Assembly (NCBI GenBank): GCA_021806605.1
Contig: JAJZQY010000004.1
Span: 28,251-92,250 of the forward strand
Length of the DNA: 64,000 nt
From: Pseudomonadota bacterium
Lineage (GTDB): Bacteria; Pseudomonadota; Gammaproteobacteria; Burkholderiales; JABEVD01
Reading direction: 5' to 3'
This document shows positions 53,650-62,986 of this stretch, piece after piece. A program made the translations under genes and the position numbers. Numbering within the stretch: the first letter of the stretch is position 1; every line of letters starts with the position of its first letter. The notes under the pieces were generated by a model, which saw nothing but the letters and a program-made list of their open reading frames with translations, searched no databases and was not told the DNA's origin.

Positions 53650-54332
53650 AGGCGATGATTCTTGCCGCAGGGCGCGGCGAGAGAATGCGGCCCCTGACCG
53701 ATTCAACCCCGAAACCGCTTCTCGAAGTCAGGGGAAAACCCCTGATCGTCTGGCAGATCGAAGCTCTGGCAAGAGCCGGCTTTCGCGACATCGTCGTCAA
53801 TCTCGCCCATCTCGGCGGACAAATCGAAGACCGGCTCGGCGACGGGAAAGCCTTCGGTGTGGGCATAGCATACTCCCGCGAGGAATCCGCCCTGGAAACG
53901 GCAGGTGGCATCGCCCATGCGATGCATCTTCTGGGAAACGTTCCCTTTCTCGCGGTGAATTCGGACATTTATTGCGACTTCGACTATTCGACATTGCTTG
54001 CGAAGATCGATCAAATGGCAAACCGGTCCGTCCTCGCCCATCTGGTTCTCGTCGACAATCCCGAACATCATCCGCAGGGCGACTTTTTCCTGGAAGACGG
54101 AAGAATCGTTCCCTGCGGGAAAGAAAAGCTGACCTTCAGCGGAATAGGCATTTACCGTCCGGATCTTTTCCACGGCATCCGGCCCGGGCAATCGGCCAGG
54201 CTCGCCCCGCTCCTGAACGATGCGATCGTCATGGGAGCAGTCTCCGGAATGCATCATCGGGGATTATGGATCGACGTCGGCACGCCAGAGCGTCTCCTCG
54301 AACTGAATTCCGGTGGTAGAATCGGGGCATGA
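53646..54332 (+). CDS. murU: N-acetylmuramate alpha-1-phosphate uridylyltransferase MurU
   Basis: The nucleotidyltransferase motif is (MKA)[23 protein letters not shown]. The TTG at 53646 overlaps the amgK stop and reproduces the MKAMILAAG start typical of homologues. An ATG at 53655 is the alternative. Confidence 0.8.
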   Translation: MKAMILAAGRGERMRPLTDSTPKPLLEVRGKPLIVWQIEALARAGFRDIVVNLAHLGGQIEDRLGDGKAFGVGIAYSREESALETAGGIAHAMHLLGNVPFLAVNSDIYCDFDYSTLLAKIDQMANRSVLAHLVLVDNPEHHPQGDFFLEDGRIVPCGKEKLTFSGIGIYRPDLFHGIRPGQSARLAPLLNDAIVMGAVSGMHHRGLWIDVGTPERLLELNSGGRIGA

Positions 54333-55627
54333 AAGATCATTCTGTCCATCTCGAAAGAAGGCGGCGCCTGCTCGAAAAAGTCGAAGGCGTCGTCATCCTG
54401 CCCACTGCAGTCCATCCTGTGCGCAACCGGGATACGCATTACCCGTTCCGTTTCGACAGCCATTTCTATTACCTGACCGGATTCACCGAGCCCGATGCGG
54501 TGCTCGTCATGGTTGCAGGAAAATCCCCCAAGAGCATGCTGTTCTGCCTGGAAAAGGACATGGAAAGGGAAATCTGGGACGGCTACCGCTTCGGGCCCGA
54601 GGGCGCCAGAGACGCTTTCCTGTTCGACGAAGCGCACCCGATATCGGCGCTGGAGGCCATGCTGCCGCAGCTATTCGCCGACCAGCCCGCCGTATCCTAC
54701 CCTCTCGGACAGGACGAGAAATGGGATGCCAGGGTGCTCTCCGCCCTGAATGCCGTGCGCGCCCAGGGAAGAAGCGGAATTTCCGCGCCAGCCGAAATCA
54801 GGGACATCCGCCCGGATATCGACGAAATGCGACTGTTCAAGGACGAATACGAGATCTCGCTCATGCGCCGGGCCGCGCATATCGCATCGGACGCGCACAA
54901 GCTTGCCATGAAGTCGGCAAGGCCCGGAATGATGGAATACGAAATCGAGGCCGAGTTCCTGCGGGAATTCCGCCGCAGGGGCGCGCAGGCTCCCTCCTAT
55001 ACGCCCATCGTGGCAGGCGGAGGAAATGCCTGCATATTGCACTATGTCGAAAACAATGCGGCGTTGAAGGACGGGGATCTTCTGCTCATAGATGCCGGAT
55101 GCGAGCTGGACGGCTACGCCTCCGACATCACCCGCACCTTCCCGGTGAACGGGCGCTTCACGCCCGCCCAGAAGGAAATCTACGAACTGGTGCTCGAAGC
55201 GCAATACGCAGCGCTTTCGGAAGTGAAGCCGGGCGCCTCATGGAACGATCCCCATGAGGCTGCGGTGAGAACCCTCGCCCGGGGACTGGTCGATCTCGGG
55301 CTCTGCAAGGGCAGCGTGGACGCCGTGATCGAATCCGGGGATTACAGACGCTTCTACATGCACAGGACCGGGCACTGGCTCGGTCTCGACGTGCACGACG
55401 TGGGCAGCTACAAGACCGAAGGCTACTGGCGCAAACTCGCGCCGGGAATGGTCCTGACGGTGGAACCCGGCTGCTACATCCGTCCCTCGGAAGACGTCCC
55501 AGAAGCCTACTGGAACATCGGCATTCGCATCGAGGACGACGTCCACGTCACCGAAGGCGGCCATGAAATCCTGAGCCTGGATACCCCCAAGTCGGTGCGG
55601 GATATCGAAAACTGGATGGCTCGATGA
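54329..55627 (+). CDS. pepP: Xaa-Pro aminopeptidase
   Basis: The product has an M24B fold with the motifs [33 protein letters not shown] and [13 protein letters not shown]-like [13 protein letters not shown]. Confidence 0.93.
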   Translation: MKDHSVHLERRRRLLEKVEGVVILPTAVHPVRNRDTHYPFRFDSHFYYLTGFTEPDAVLVMVAGKSPKSMLFCLEKDMEREIWDGYRFGPEGARDAFLFDEAHPISALEAMLPQLFADQPAVSYPLGQDEKWDARVLSALNAVRAQGRSGISAPAEIRDIRPDIDEMRLFKDEYEISLMRRAAHIASDAHKLAMKSARPGMMEYEIEAEFLREFRRRGAQAPSYTPIVAGGGNACILHYVENNAALKDGDLLLIDAGCELDGYASDITRTFPVNGRFTPAQKEIYELVLEAQYAALSEVKPGASWNDPHEAAVRTLARGLVDLGLCKGSVDAVIESGDYRRFYMHRTGHWLGLDVHDVGSYKTEGYWRKLAPGMVLTVEPGCYIRPSEDVPEAYWNIGIRIEDDVHVTEGGHEILSLDTPKSVRDIENWMAR

Positions 55628-56781
55628 GCGAATATGTCGATGTTCTCATCATAGGAGGCGGCCCCGTGGGGGCGGCTCTCGCGCTCTCCCTGAAAGACGC
55701 CGCCCTCTCCGTCATGGTGCTCGAAGCGAAAACTTCCCCTCAGAACGACCCCCGCATGCTCGCTCTCTCCTTCGGCAGCAAACTGCATCTTGAGCGCATC
55801 GGCGCCTGGAGCGGGATCGGCAATGCGACCCCCATCGACACCATCCATGTATCCCAAAAGGGCGGGTTCGGCAGGACCATCCTGACTGCCAAGGAATCCG
55901 GAGTGCCCGCTCTGGGGTACATCGCCAGCTATCACGAAATTCACGCGGCGCTGGTCTCGAAGCTGGCTCCGGAAACCTATCTCGCAGGCGCATGCGCCTC
56001 CGAAGTCGATCTTTCCGGAGACTGCGGCACGGTCGATTTCGATTACCGGGAAAAGAGAAGGCGAATCGGCGCCGGGCTGGTCGTGATGGCCGACGGCGGC
56101 AAGCTCGTCGAACATGTGAAAGGGATCGCTCAGCACCAGCGCGAATACGGACAATGGGCGATCATAGGCCAGGTCAGGACGGAAAAGCCGCACAGCAACA
56201 CCGCCTACGAGCGCTTCACGCCGGACGGGCCGCTCGCGCTGCTGCCCAACGGGGACGGCTTTTCGCTCGTCTGGACGGCCGCCCCGGAATCGGCCAAAAA
56301 GATTCTCTCCCTCGAAAAGGGCGAATTCCTGGAAAGGCTGCAAAACCATTTCGGCGACAGGCTGGGGAAATTTGCCGACTGTGGCCCCATGTCCGGATTT
56401 CCCCTCGCGCTCAAATATTCGACTCCTTTCGTCGCAAAACATCTCGCCCTGATCGGCAACGCAGCGCAAACCCTTCATCCCGTTTCCGGCCAGGGACTCA
56501 ACCTGGGCCTGAGGGACGTCGCGGCACTTGCCCGGGAAATCAGGGAGGCCGAAGCAATCGGCTCCGATTCCATGCTCGCGAATTACAGCAAGCGCAGGCA
56601 ACTCGACAGGGCGGGCGGAATACGCTTCACCGATTCGCTGATCAAGCTGTTTTCCAACGAAATCCCCGTCCTGCGCGCAGGGCGCGGCCTGGCGCTCGCC
56701 GCGCTGGATTGCGCCCCCCCTGCCAGGAAGTGGTTTTCCCGGAAAATGATGTTCGGCATCAAAGCGGGTTCCCTTTTGTGA
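55624..56781 (+). CDS. ubiH: UbiH/UbiF/VisC-family FAD-dependent ubiquinone hydroxylase
   Basis: The product shows VLIIGGGPVGAALA and LIGNAAQTLHPVSGQGLNLGLRD. pepP-ubiH synteny supports the call. Confidence 0.85.
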   Translation: MSEYVDVLIIGGGPVGAALALSLKDAALSVMVLEAKTSPQNDPRMLALSFGSKLHLERIGAWSGIGNATPIDTIHVSQKGGFGRTILTAKESGVPALGYIASYHEIHAALVSKLAPETYLAGACASEVDLSGDCGTVDFDYREKRRRIGAGLVVMADGGKLVEHVKGIAQHQREYGQWAIIGQVRTEKPHSNTAYERFTPDGPLALLPNGDGFSLVWTAAPESAKKILSLEKGEFLERLQNHFGDRLGKFADCGPMSGFPLALKYSTPFVAKHLALIGNAAQTLHPVSGQGLNLGLRDVAALAREIREAEAIGSDSMLANYSKRRQLDRAGGIRFTDSLIKLFSNEIPVLRAGRGLALAALDCAPPARKWFSRKMMFGIKAGSLL

Positions 56782-56830
56782 AAGCGCCGGGAAAAGTTTA
56801 CAATGTTAGCTTTTCCGTAAAAACCCTACT

Positions 56831-57844
56831 GTGAAAATCGGTCCCTATCAGCTCAGGAACAATCTGATCGTCGCCCCGATGGCGGGCGTCACGGACAGGC
56901 CTTTCCGCCAGCTTTGCAAGGCGATGGGGGCGGGCATGGCGGTTTCCGAGATGGTTTCCAGCAATTCCCTGCTCTGGGGCAGCGACAAGACACGCCGCAG
57001 GGCGAATCACGACGGCGAAGTGGAGCCGATTTCCGTTCAGATCGCCGGGGCGGATCCGGACATGATGGCCGAAGCTGCGAAATACAACGTCGACAACGGC
57101 GCGCAGATCATCGACATCAACATGGGCTGCCCGGCGAAAAAGATCTGCAACGTGATGGCGGGTTCCGCCCTGTTGCAGAACGAACCTCTGGTGGCCAGGA
57201 TCGTAGCGGCCGTGGTCGCTGCGGTGGACGTGCCCGTCACGTTGAAGATCCGGACGGGATGGGACAGGGAAAGCAGGAATGCGGTCAGGGTCGCCAAGAT
57301 CGCCGAAGCCGCCGGCATCCAGGCCCTCGCCATTCACGGCAGGACGCGCGCCTGCGGATACGGCGGGGATGCGGAATACGATACGATCGGCGAGGTCAAA
57401 TCCAGAATCGCCATTCCGGTCATCGCCAACGGCGACATCACTTCCCCCGAGAAGGCGAAATTCGTGCTCGAAAGAACCGGCGCGGATGCCCTGATGATCG
57501 GTCGGGCCGCCCAGGGAAGACCCTGGATCTTCCGCGAGATTGCGCATTATCTCGAAACCGGGGAGCACCTCCCGCAGCCCGAGGTTTCAGAAATCCATGC
57601 CGTCCTGATGGCGCATCTCGGGGACCTTTTCGGGTTCTACGGGGAGGACACCGGGGTGCGCGTGGCGAGAAAGCACATCTCCTGGTACACCAAGGGCTTG
57701 GCAGGCTCCGCCCAATTCAGGCACAGCATGAACCAGCTCCAGTCCTGCGCAGAGCAGATCGCCCATATCGACCGCTTCTTCTCCGAACTTGGCGCAAACA
57801 ACCCGCGTTTGACTTACACCGAGGACGAGAAATGGGCGGCATGA
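56831..57844 (+). CDS. dusB: tRNA-dihydrouridine synthase B
   Basis: The start is a GTG. The product shows LIVAPMAGVTDRPFR and DINMGCPAKK. Confidence 0.95.
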   Translation: MKIGPYQLRNNLIVAPMAGVTDRPFRQLCKAMGAGMAVSEMVSSNSLLWGSDKTRRRANHDGEVEPISVQIAGADPDMMAEAAKYNVDNGAQIIDINMGCPAKKICNVMAGSALLQNEPLVARIVAAVVAAVDVPVTLKIRTGWDRESRNAVRVAKIAEAAGIQALAIHGRTRACGYGGDAEYDTIGEVKSRIAIPVIANGDITSPEKAKFVLERTGADALMIGRAAQGRPWIFREIAHYLETGEHLPQPEVSEIHAVLMAHLGDLFGFYGEDTGVRVARKHISWYTKGLAGSAQFRHSMNQLQSCAEQIAHIDRFFSELGANNPRLTYTEDEKWAA

Positions 57845-58077
57845 AGGGGGAAGGCGAAATCGGTTCCTGCGTCCGCAAGGCGGTCGAATCCTATTTCAAC
57901 GACCTTGACGGCGAAAAACCCTGCGCGCTCTACGACATGGTGATGCGCTGCATCGAAAAGCCCCTGATCGAACTCGCCCTGAGCCACACTCACGGCAACC
58001 AGACCCGCGCTGCGGAATTGCTGGGCCTGAACCGCAACACGCTCAGGAAGAAAATGCAGGATCTCGGCATTTCCTGA
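57841..58077 (+). CDS. fis: Fis-family DNA-binding protein
   Basis: The C-terminal HTH is [21 protein letters not shown]. The ATG at 57841 overlaps the dusB stop (ATGA), and an in-frame ATG at 57832 is an alternative. Confidence 0.9.
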   Translation: MKGEGEIGSCVRKAVESYFNDLDGEKPCALYDMVMRCIEKPLIELALSHTHGNQTRAAELLGLNRNTLRKKMQDLGIS

Positions 58078-58102
58078 TTTCTCAACCACACAGATTCACA
58101 CC

Positions 58103-59668
58103 ATGACTTCGATCACTCAAGCGCTGCTCAGCGTCTCCGACAAGACAGGCATCCGGGAATTCGCGTCCGCTCTCCACGAGATGGGCGTGAAAATTCTTTC
58201 CACCGGAGGGACCGCCAAGCTGCTTTCCGAATCGGGCATCCCGGTCACGGAAGTCGGGGATTACACCGGATTTCCGGAAATGCTGGACGGGCGGGTCAAG
58301 ACGCTGCATCCCAAGATCCACGGCGGAATCCTGGGGCGCAGGGATATTCCGGATCACGCAGAGACGATGAAAAAGGCGGACATCCCCCCCATCGACCTCG
58401 TCGTAGTCAATCTTTACCCCTTCTCGCAAACCGTCGCCAGGGAAAACTGCTCGCTGGAAGACGCCATCGAAAACATCGACATAGGCGGGCCGACCATGGT
58501 CCGGGCTGCGGCCAAGAATTACCATCATGTCGCCATAGTGACCGACCCTGCGGATTACGGCAGGGTACTCGCCGAAATGCGGGAAAATGCGGGAGCCGTG
58601 TCGGATGCAACGCGCTTCGATCTGGCGAAGAAGGCCTTTTCTCATACTGCGAGCTATGACAGCGCAATTAGCAACTATCTGACTGCGATCGAAGCGGACG
58701 GGACGCGCAGCGAATTTCCGGTGCAGATCAATTTCAATTTCGTCAGGGTGCAAAGCATGCGCTATGGCGAGAACCCGCACCAGCAAGCCGCTTTCTATCG
58801 CGATCCGGTTGCATTGCCCGGGGGCATCGCAAGCTATGTTCAGGTGCAGGGCAAGGAACTTTCCTACAACAACATCGGCGACGCCGACGCGGCGTGGGAA
58901 TGCGTCAAGACATTCGACGAGCCCGCCTGCGTGATCGTCAAGCATGCCAATCCCTGCGGCGTTGCGATTGCCGACTCCCCTCTGAATGCCTACAAACTGG
59001 CCTATGCGACGGATACCACCTCCGCATTCGGCGGCATCATCGCCTTCAATCGCGAACTCGACGCAGAGACTGCCTCGGCCATCACTGCCAACCAGTTCGT
59101 CGAAGTGATCGTTGCGCCTGGCGCTACCGAAGCCGCGCTCGACGTGACCGCCGCGAAGCAGAACGTGCGCGTTCTCACCGTCCCGCTTTCGGATGCGCAC
59201 AACCGCTTTGACTTCAAGCGGGTGGGCGGCGGCCTTCTGGTGCAGAGCCCGGATGCGCTGAACGTCCAGGCAGGGGAACTGCGCGTGGTCACCAGGGCGC
59301 AGCCCAGCGCTGCGCAACTCAAGGACCTGCTCTTCGCCTGGAAAGTCGCCAAGTACGTCAAATCCAATGCCATAGTGTTCTGCAGGGACGGCCGAACCCT
59401 CGGCGTGGGCGCAGGCCAGATGAGCCGCGTCGACAGCACGAAAATCGCCTCGATCAAGGCGAGCCATGCCGGGCTCGACCTTTCCGGCTCCGTCGTCGCA
59501 TCGGATGCCTTCTTCCCTTTCCGGGACGGACTCGACGTCCTCGCGCAGGCGGGCGCACGCGCGGTCATCCAGCCAGGGGGCTCGATGCGCGACGAGGAAG
59601 TGATTGCTGCGGCGGACGAGCAGAACATCGCCATGGTCTTCACCGGCTACCGTCATTTCAGGCACTGA
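58103..59668 (+). CDS. purH: Bifunctional AICAR transformylase / IMP cyclohydrolase
   Basis: The product shows [10 protein letters not shown] and [15 protein letters not shown] and is 521 aa long. Confidence 0.98.
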   Translation: MTSITQALLSVSDKTGIREFASALHEMGVKILSTGGTAKLLSESGIPVTEVGDYTGFPEMLDGRVKTLHPKIHGGILGRRDIPDHAETMKKADIPPIDLVVVNLYPFSQTVARENCSLEDAIENIDIGGPTMVRAAAKNYHHVAIVTDPADYGRVLAEMRENAGAVSDATRFDLAKKAFSHTASYDSAISNYLTAIEADGTRSEFPVQINFNFVRVQSMRYGENPHQQAAFYRDPVALPGGIASYVQVQGKELSYNNIGDADAAWECVKTFDEPACVIVKHANPCGVAIADSPLNAYKLAYATDTTSAFGGIIAFNRELDAETASAITANQFVEVIVAPGATEAALDVTAAKQNVRVLTVPLSDAHNRFDFKRVGGGLLVQSPDALNVQAGELRVVTRAQPSAAQLKDLLFAWKVAKYVKSNAIVFCRDGRTLGVGAGQMSRVDSTKIASIKASHAGLDLSGSVVASDAFFPFRDGLDVLAQAGARAVIQPGGSMRDEEVIAAADEQNIAMVFTGYRHFRH

Positions 59669-59670
59669 AC

Positions 59671-60927
59671 ATGAAAATTCTCGTCATCGGAAACGGCGGG
59701 CGCGAACATGCCCTGGCATGGAAGCTCGCCCGTTCGGCAAGAGTCAGCCGGGTCTATGTCGCGCCCGGGAATGCGGGAACCGCGCTGGACGAAGGCTGCG
59801 TCAACGTGAATCTGACGGAAATCCCCGACCTGATCGATTTCGCGAAACAGGAATCGATCGCGCTCACCGTGGTCGGGCCTGAAGCGCCTCTGGCGAAAGG
59901 CATCGTCGACGACTTCAGGGCGGAAGGCCTCAAGATTTTCGGCCCGACGAAAGCGGCCGCCCAGCTCGAAAGCTCCAAGGCTTACGCCAAGGCGTTCATG
60001 ATGCGGCACGGCATTCCCACCGCAAGTTATGCGGAATTCGAAGACATTGCTGCAGCGCACCGCTACGTGGACGAGAAAGGCGCTCCCATCGTGATCAAGG
60101 CAGACGGCCTCGCGGCCGGAAAGGGCGTGGTAGTGGCCATGGATCTGCCTGATGCGCATGCCGCGATCGACACGATTCTTTCCGGAGGCGGACGGGTGGT
60201 GATCGAGGAATTCCTGGAAGGGGAGGAAGCGAGCTTCATCGTCATGGCCGACGGAAAAAATGTCCTGCCCTTCGTCACCAGCCAGGACCACAAGCGGCTC
60301 CTCGACGGCGACAGGGGTCCCAACACCGGCGGCATGGGCGCTTATTCTCCCGCAGCCGTGGTCACGCCTTCGCTGCACGCGAGGGTGATGCGGGAGATCA
60401 TTCAGCCTGTCATGCGGGGCATGAGTCAGGACGGCATCAGCTACACCGGCTTTCTTTACGCGGGACTCATGATCGACAGGGAAGGCAACCCGAAAACGCT
60501 CGAATTCAACTGCAGGATGGGCGACCCGGAAACCCAGCCGATCATGATGCGCCTCAAGACCGATCTCAGCCTCCTCGTCGAGCACGGGATCAACGGCACG
60601 CTCGACAAGATCGAAGCCGAATGGGACAGGCGCGCCGCGCTCGGCGTGGTGATGGCGGCCCACGACTATCCCGACAATCCGAGGAAGGGGGACGTCATTT
60701 CCGGGCTGCCGAAAAACGAGGAAGATTTCCACGTATTCCATGCCGGGACCCGGCTGGAGGACAAGCAAGTGCTCACCAATGGTGGACGGGTCCTGTGCGT
60801 CACTGCGCTCGGCGACAGTGTGAAAATGGCGCAGCGCCGTGCCTATCAGGTGGCGGAAGGGATTTCCTTCGAAGGCTGCCAGATGCGCACGGATATCGGC
60901 TACCGGGCGCTCTCTCCGAAGCAATGA
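59671..60927 (+). CDS. purD: Phosphoribosylamine--glycine ligase
   Basis: The product shows MKILVIGNGGREHALAWK and an ATP-grasp domain and is 418 aa long. Confidence 0.98.
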   Translation: MKILVIGNGGREHALAWKLARSARVSRVYVAPGNAGTALDEGCVNVNLTEIPDLIDFAKQESIALTVVGPEAPLAKGIVDDFRAEGLKIFGPTKAAAQLESSKAYAKAFMMRHGIPTASYAEFEDIAAAHRYVDEKGAPIVIKADGLAAGKGVVVAMDLPDAHAAIDTILSGGGRVVIEEFLEGEEASFIVMADGKNVLPFVTSQDHKRLLDGDRGPNTGGMGAYSPAAVVTPSLHARVMREIIQPVMRGMSQDGISYTGFLYAGLMIDREGNPKTLEFNCRMGDPETQPIMMRLKTDLSLLVEHGINGTLDKIEAEWDRRAALGVVMAAHDYPDNPRKGDVISGLPKNEEDFHVFHAGTRLEDKQVLTNGGRVLCVTALGDSVKMAQRRAYQVAEGISFEGCQMRTDIGYRALSPKQ

Positions 60928-61472
60928 TCCCGGCTTCCCTGCTAGGCAGAGTCAGGCGGCATCTCCGGGCAGGCGGCGTCATCGCCTATGCCACGGAATC
61001 GTGCTACGGTCTCGGATGCGACCCGGGGAATTATGCAGCGGTCCGGCTTCTGCTCAAGATCAAGCGGCGCAGGCAGAGCCGCGGCCTGATCCTGGTCGCA
61101 GGGCGCCTGAACCAGCTGAAGCGCCATGTCGCAAGCCTCCCGAAGCGGGATGATCTGCGCAAGTTCTGGCCGGGGCCTTATACCCTGCTCCTCAACGCAT
61201 CCCGCTTCGCCCCGAAGTGGATCACCGGCAAGCACGGCAAGATCGCCGTTCGCCTGACGGCGCATCCCGATGCCGCAAAGCTTTGCAACAGCCTCAACAT
61301 GGCTCTGGTTTCGACGAGCGCCAACGTTTCGGGCATGAAGCCTGCAAAAACCTATCGCGACTGCATTTCCAGATTCGGCAATCGGATCCTGACGATCCCG
61401 GGAAAAATCGGCAAGAGGAAAACCCCATCCACCATCATGGATATGGAAACTGGCAAAATTTTCAGGCCGTAG
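60924..61472 (+). CDS. tsaC: L-threonylcarbamoyladenylate synthase (YrdC/TsaC type)
   Basis: The ATG at 60924 overlaps the purD stop (ATGA). The product shows YATESCYGLGCD and VSTSANVSG. Confidence 0.85.
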   Translation: MIPASLLGRVRRHLRAGGVIAYATESCYGLGCDPGNYAAVRLLLKIKRRRQSRGLILVAGRLNQLKRHVASLPKRDDLRKFWPGPYTLLLNASRFAPKWITGKHGKIAVRLTAHPDAAKLCNSLNMALVSTSANVSGMKPAKTYRDCISRFGNRILTIPGKIGKRKTPSTIMDMETGKIFRP

Positions 61473-61505
61473 CGATAATAGAGCAGTTCGCAGCCTTGAA
61501 ATTTC

Positions 61506-62567
61506 ATGAGACACAAACTTCTTCGGATAGCGCTTCTCCATTGCGGACTCGCCTTCTCTGGCCTGTGCCACGCCGATGATGCGGCTGGGCCATTGCCCTA
61601 TTCTTTCGGCCAGGGCTATCGTTCTGGGGATTACTATCTGTCCGGATATGCCAACCTCCAGATGGAGGATCCGTTCGGGCAGCCGGCAAAGCTTGCCCTG
61701 GAGGACCTCAGCCTCTTCATCGGAGGCAACTCGGGGCGGTGGATCAATCCCTTCACGGAAATCGAACTAACGCGGCAAACGCTGATCAAGCAGGGCGGCA
61801 ATCCTGGCCACGGCAATATTGTCGTCGAGCGCCTCTACAATGACGAGTTGTTATCCGACCAGGATACTCTGCGCATCGGCAAGGTTCTGACGCCGCTCGG
61901 CGACTGGAACACCGTTTTCGCCGCTCCGCTGGTTCCCACCGTTACCCGCCCCAACACGACGGCGCTGGGTTTCGAAACCAACGAGAGCGGAGTCACCTGG
62001 ATGCACAACGTCCAGGACGGCGAAACCCCGGACCTGCAACTGTACTCGCAGCCAGACTACGAATGGTTCGAACGCCTGCCGAGAGAAACGCTGAGACACT
62101 TCCAGAATGTATACGGAGCGCATATCAACAAGCCCTTTGGGCTGATCGACAAGGCAGGCGCATCCTTCCAGCACGGTGAACTCGTCGAAACCGGAGAAGA
62201 ATATACGGTGTACGGCATGAATGTCATGCGAACTTTCGGCAATCTGATGCTCGAGAGCGAAGCGCTCGCATCGCGCTTCTACGGCAGGGAACTGCCCTGG
62301 GCTCCACCGCGCCTGCATTCGAGCGAATCGGGCATATTCGGCCTCGCTGATTATTCCTTCACGCAAAAGTGGCACGGGATAGCCGAATGGGAACACTACC
62401 AGGACCATCTCGTCGCCTCGCCTTCAATGAACTGGCTGGTCGGAATCGATTACAAGCCGAAATCTTACATGGTCTGGAAGTTCGAGTATGTCCGCCAGTA
62501 CGGCACGCCGACTTCCTTCTCGCCTATCCTGACGGGGTTCAATTGTTCCTTCTCGACCCTATTCTGA
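61506..62567 (+). CDS. Hypothetical secreted protein, probable outer-membrane beta-barrel
   Basis: The product has a signal peptide (MRHKLLRIALLHCGLAFSGLCHA/DD). The composition is aromatic- and Gly-rich in an alternating pattern. The C-terminus ends in F (FSTLF), as in many OMPs. I do not recognise a family. Confidence 0.6.
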   Translation: MRHKLLRIALLHCGLAFSGLCHADDAAGPLPYSFGQGYRSGDYYLSGYANLQMEDPFGQPAKLALEDLSLFIGGNSGRWINPFTEIELTRQTLIKQGGNPGHGNIVVERLYNDELLSDQDTLRIGKVLTPLGDWNTVFAAPLVPTVTRPNTTALGFETNESGVTWMHNVQDGETPDLQLYSQPDYEWFERLPRETLRHFQNVYGAHINKPFGLIDKAGASFQHGELVETGEEYTVYGMNVMRTFGNLMLESEALASRFYGRELPWAPPRLHSSESGIFGLADYSFTQKWHGIAEWEHYQDHLVASPSMNWLVGIDYKPKSYMVWKFEYVRQYGTPTSFSPILTGFNCSFSTLF

Positions 62568-62581
62568 AGCGCGTCCCGCTC

Positions 62582-62986
62582 ATGATCCTGACATGGACCC
62601 TGTCCGCTCACGCCCAGAGGCTCCTGATCATCGCCTCCCCGCTGGTTCCTCAAAGCAGCATTTCGACGAAGGAGCTCTCCGACATCTACATCATGAAAAA
62701 GCAGAACTGGTCGGATGGCATCAAGATCGTCCCCGTCAACCGCGAAGTGACTAGCCGCGAGCGCGAAGTTTTTTCCAAGGAAGTGTTCCATCTTTCCCCC
62801 CAGCAGATGGCCGATTACTGGAACCGCCTCCGCTTCCAGGGCAAGCTGCCGCCTTCGGTCCAGCCTTCGGATCAGGCAGTGCTGAATTTCGTCCGCACCA
62901 TTCCCGGCGCGATCGGCTACGTCAGCACGCGCACCTTGCCGAAGGACGTCAAGGTGCTGATGGAGCTTCAGCCGGAGAAACCATGA
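62582..62986 (+). CDS. Small periplasmic-binding-protein-like (PstS/PBP_like_2-type) protein
   Basis: The sequence ISTKELSDIYIMKKQNWSDG..VPVNREVTSREREVF..IPGAIGYVS resembles phosphate-binding PBP-like domains. The start is uncertain; see the finding on the non-canonical start at 62561/62564. Confidence 0.6.
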   Translation: MILTWTLSAHAQRLLIIASPLVPQSSISTKELSDIYIMKKQNWSDGIKIVPVNREVTSREREVFSKEVFHLSPQQMADYWNRLRFQGKLPPSVQPSDQAVLNFVRTIPGAIGYVSTRTLPKDVKVLMELQPEKP

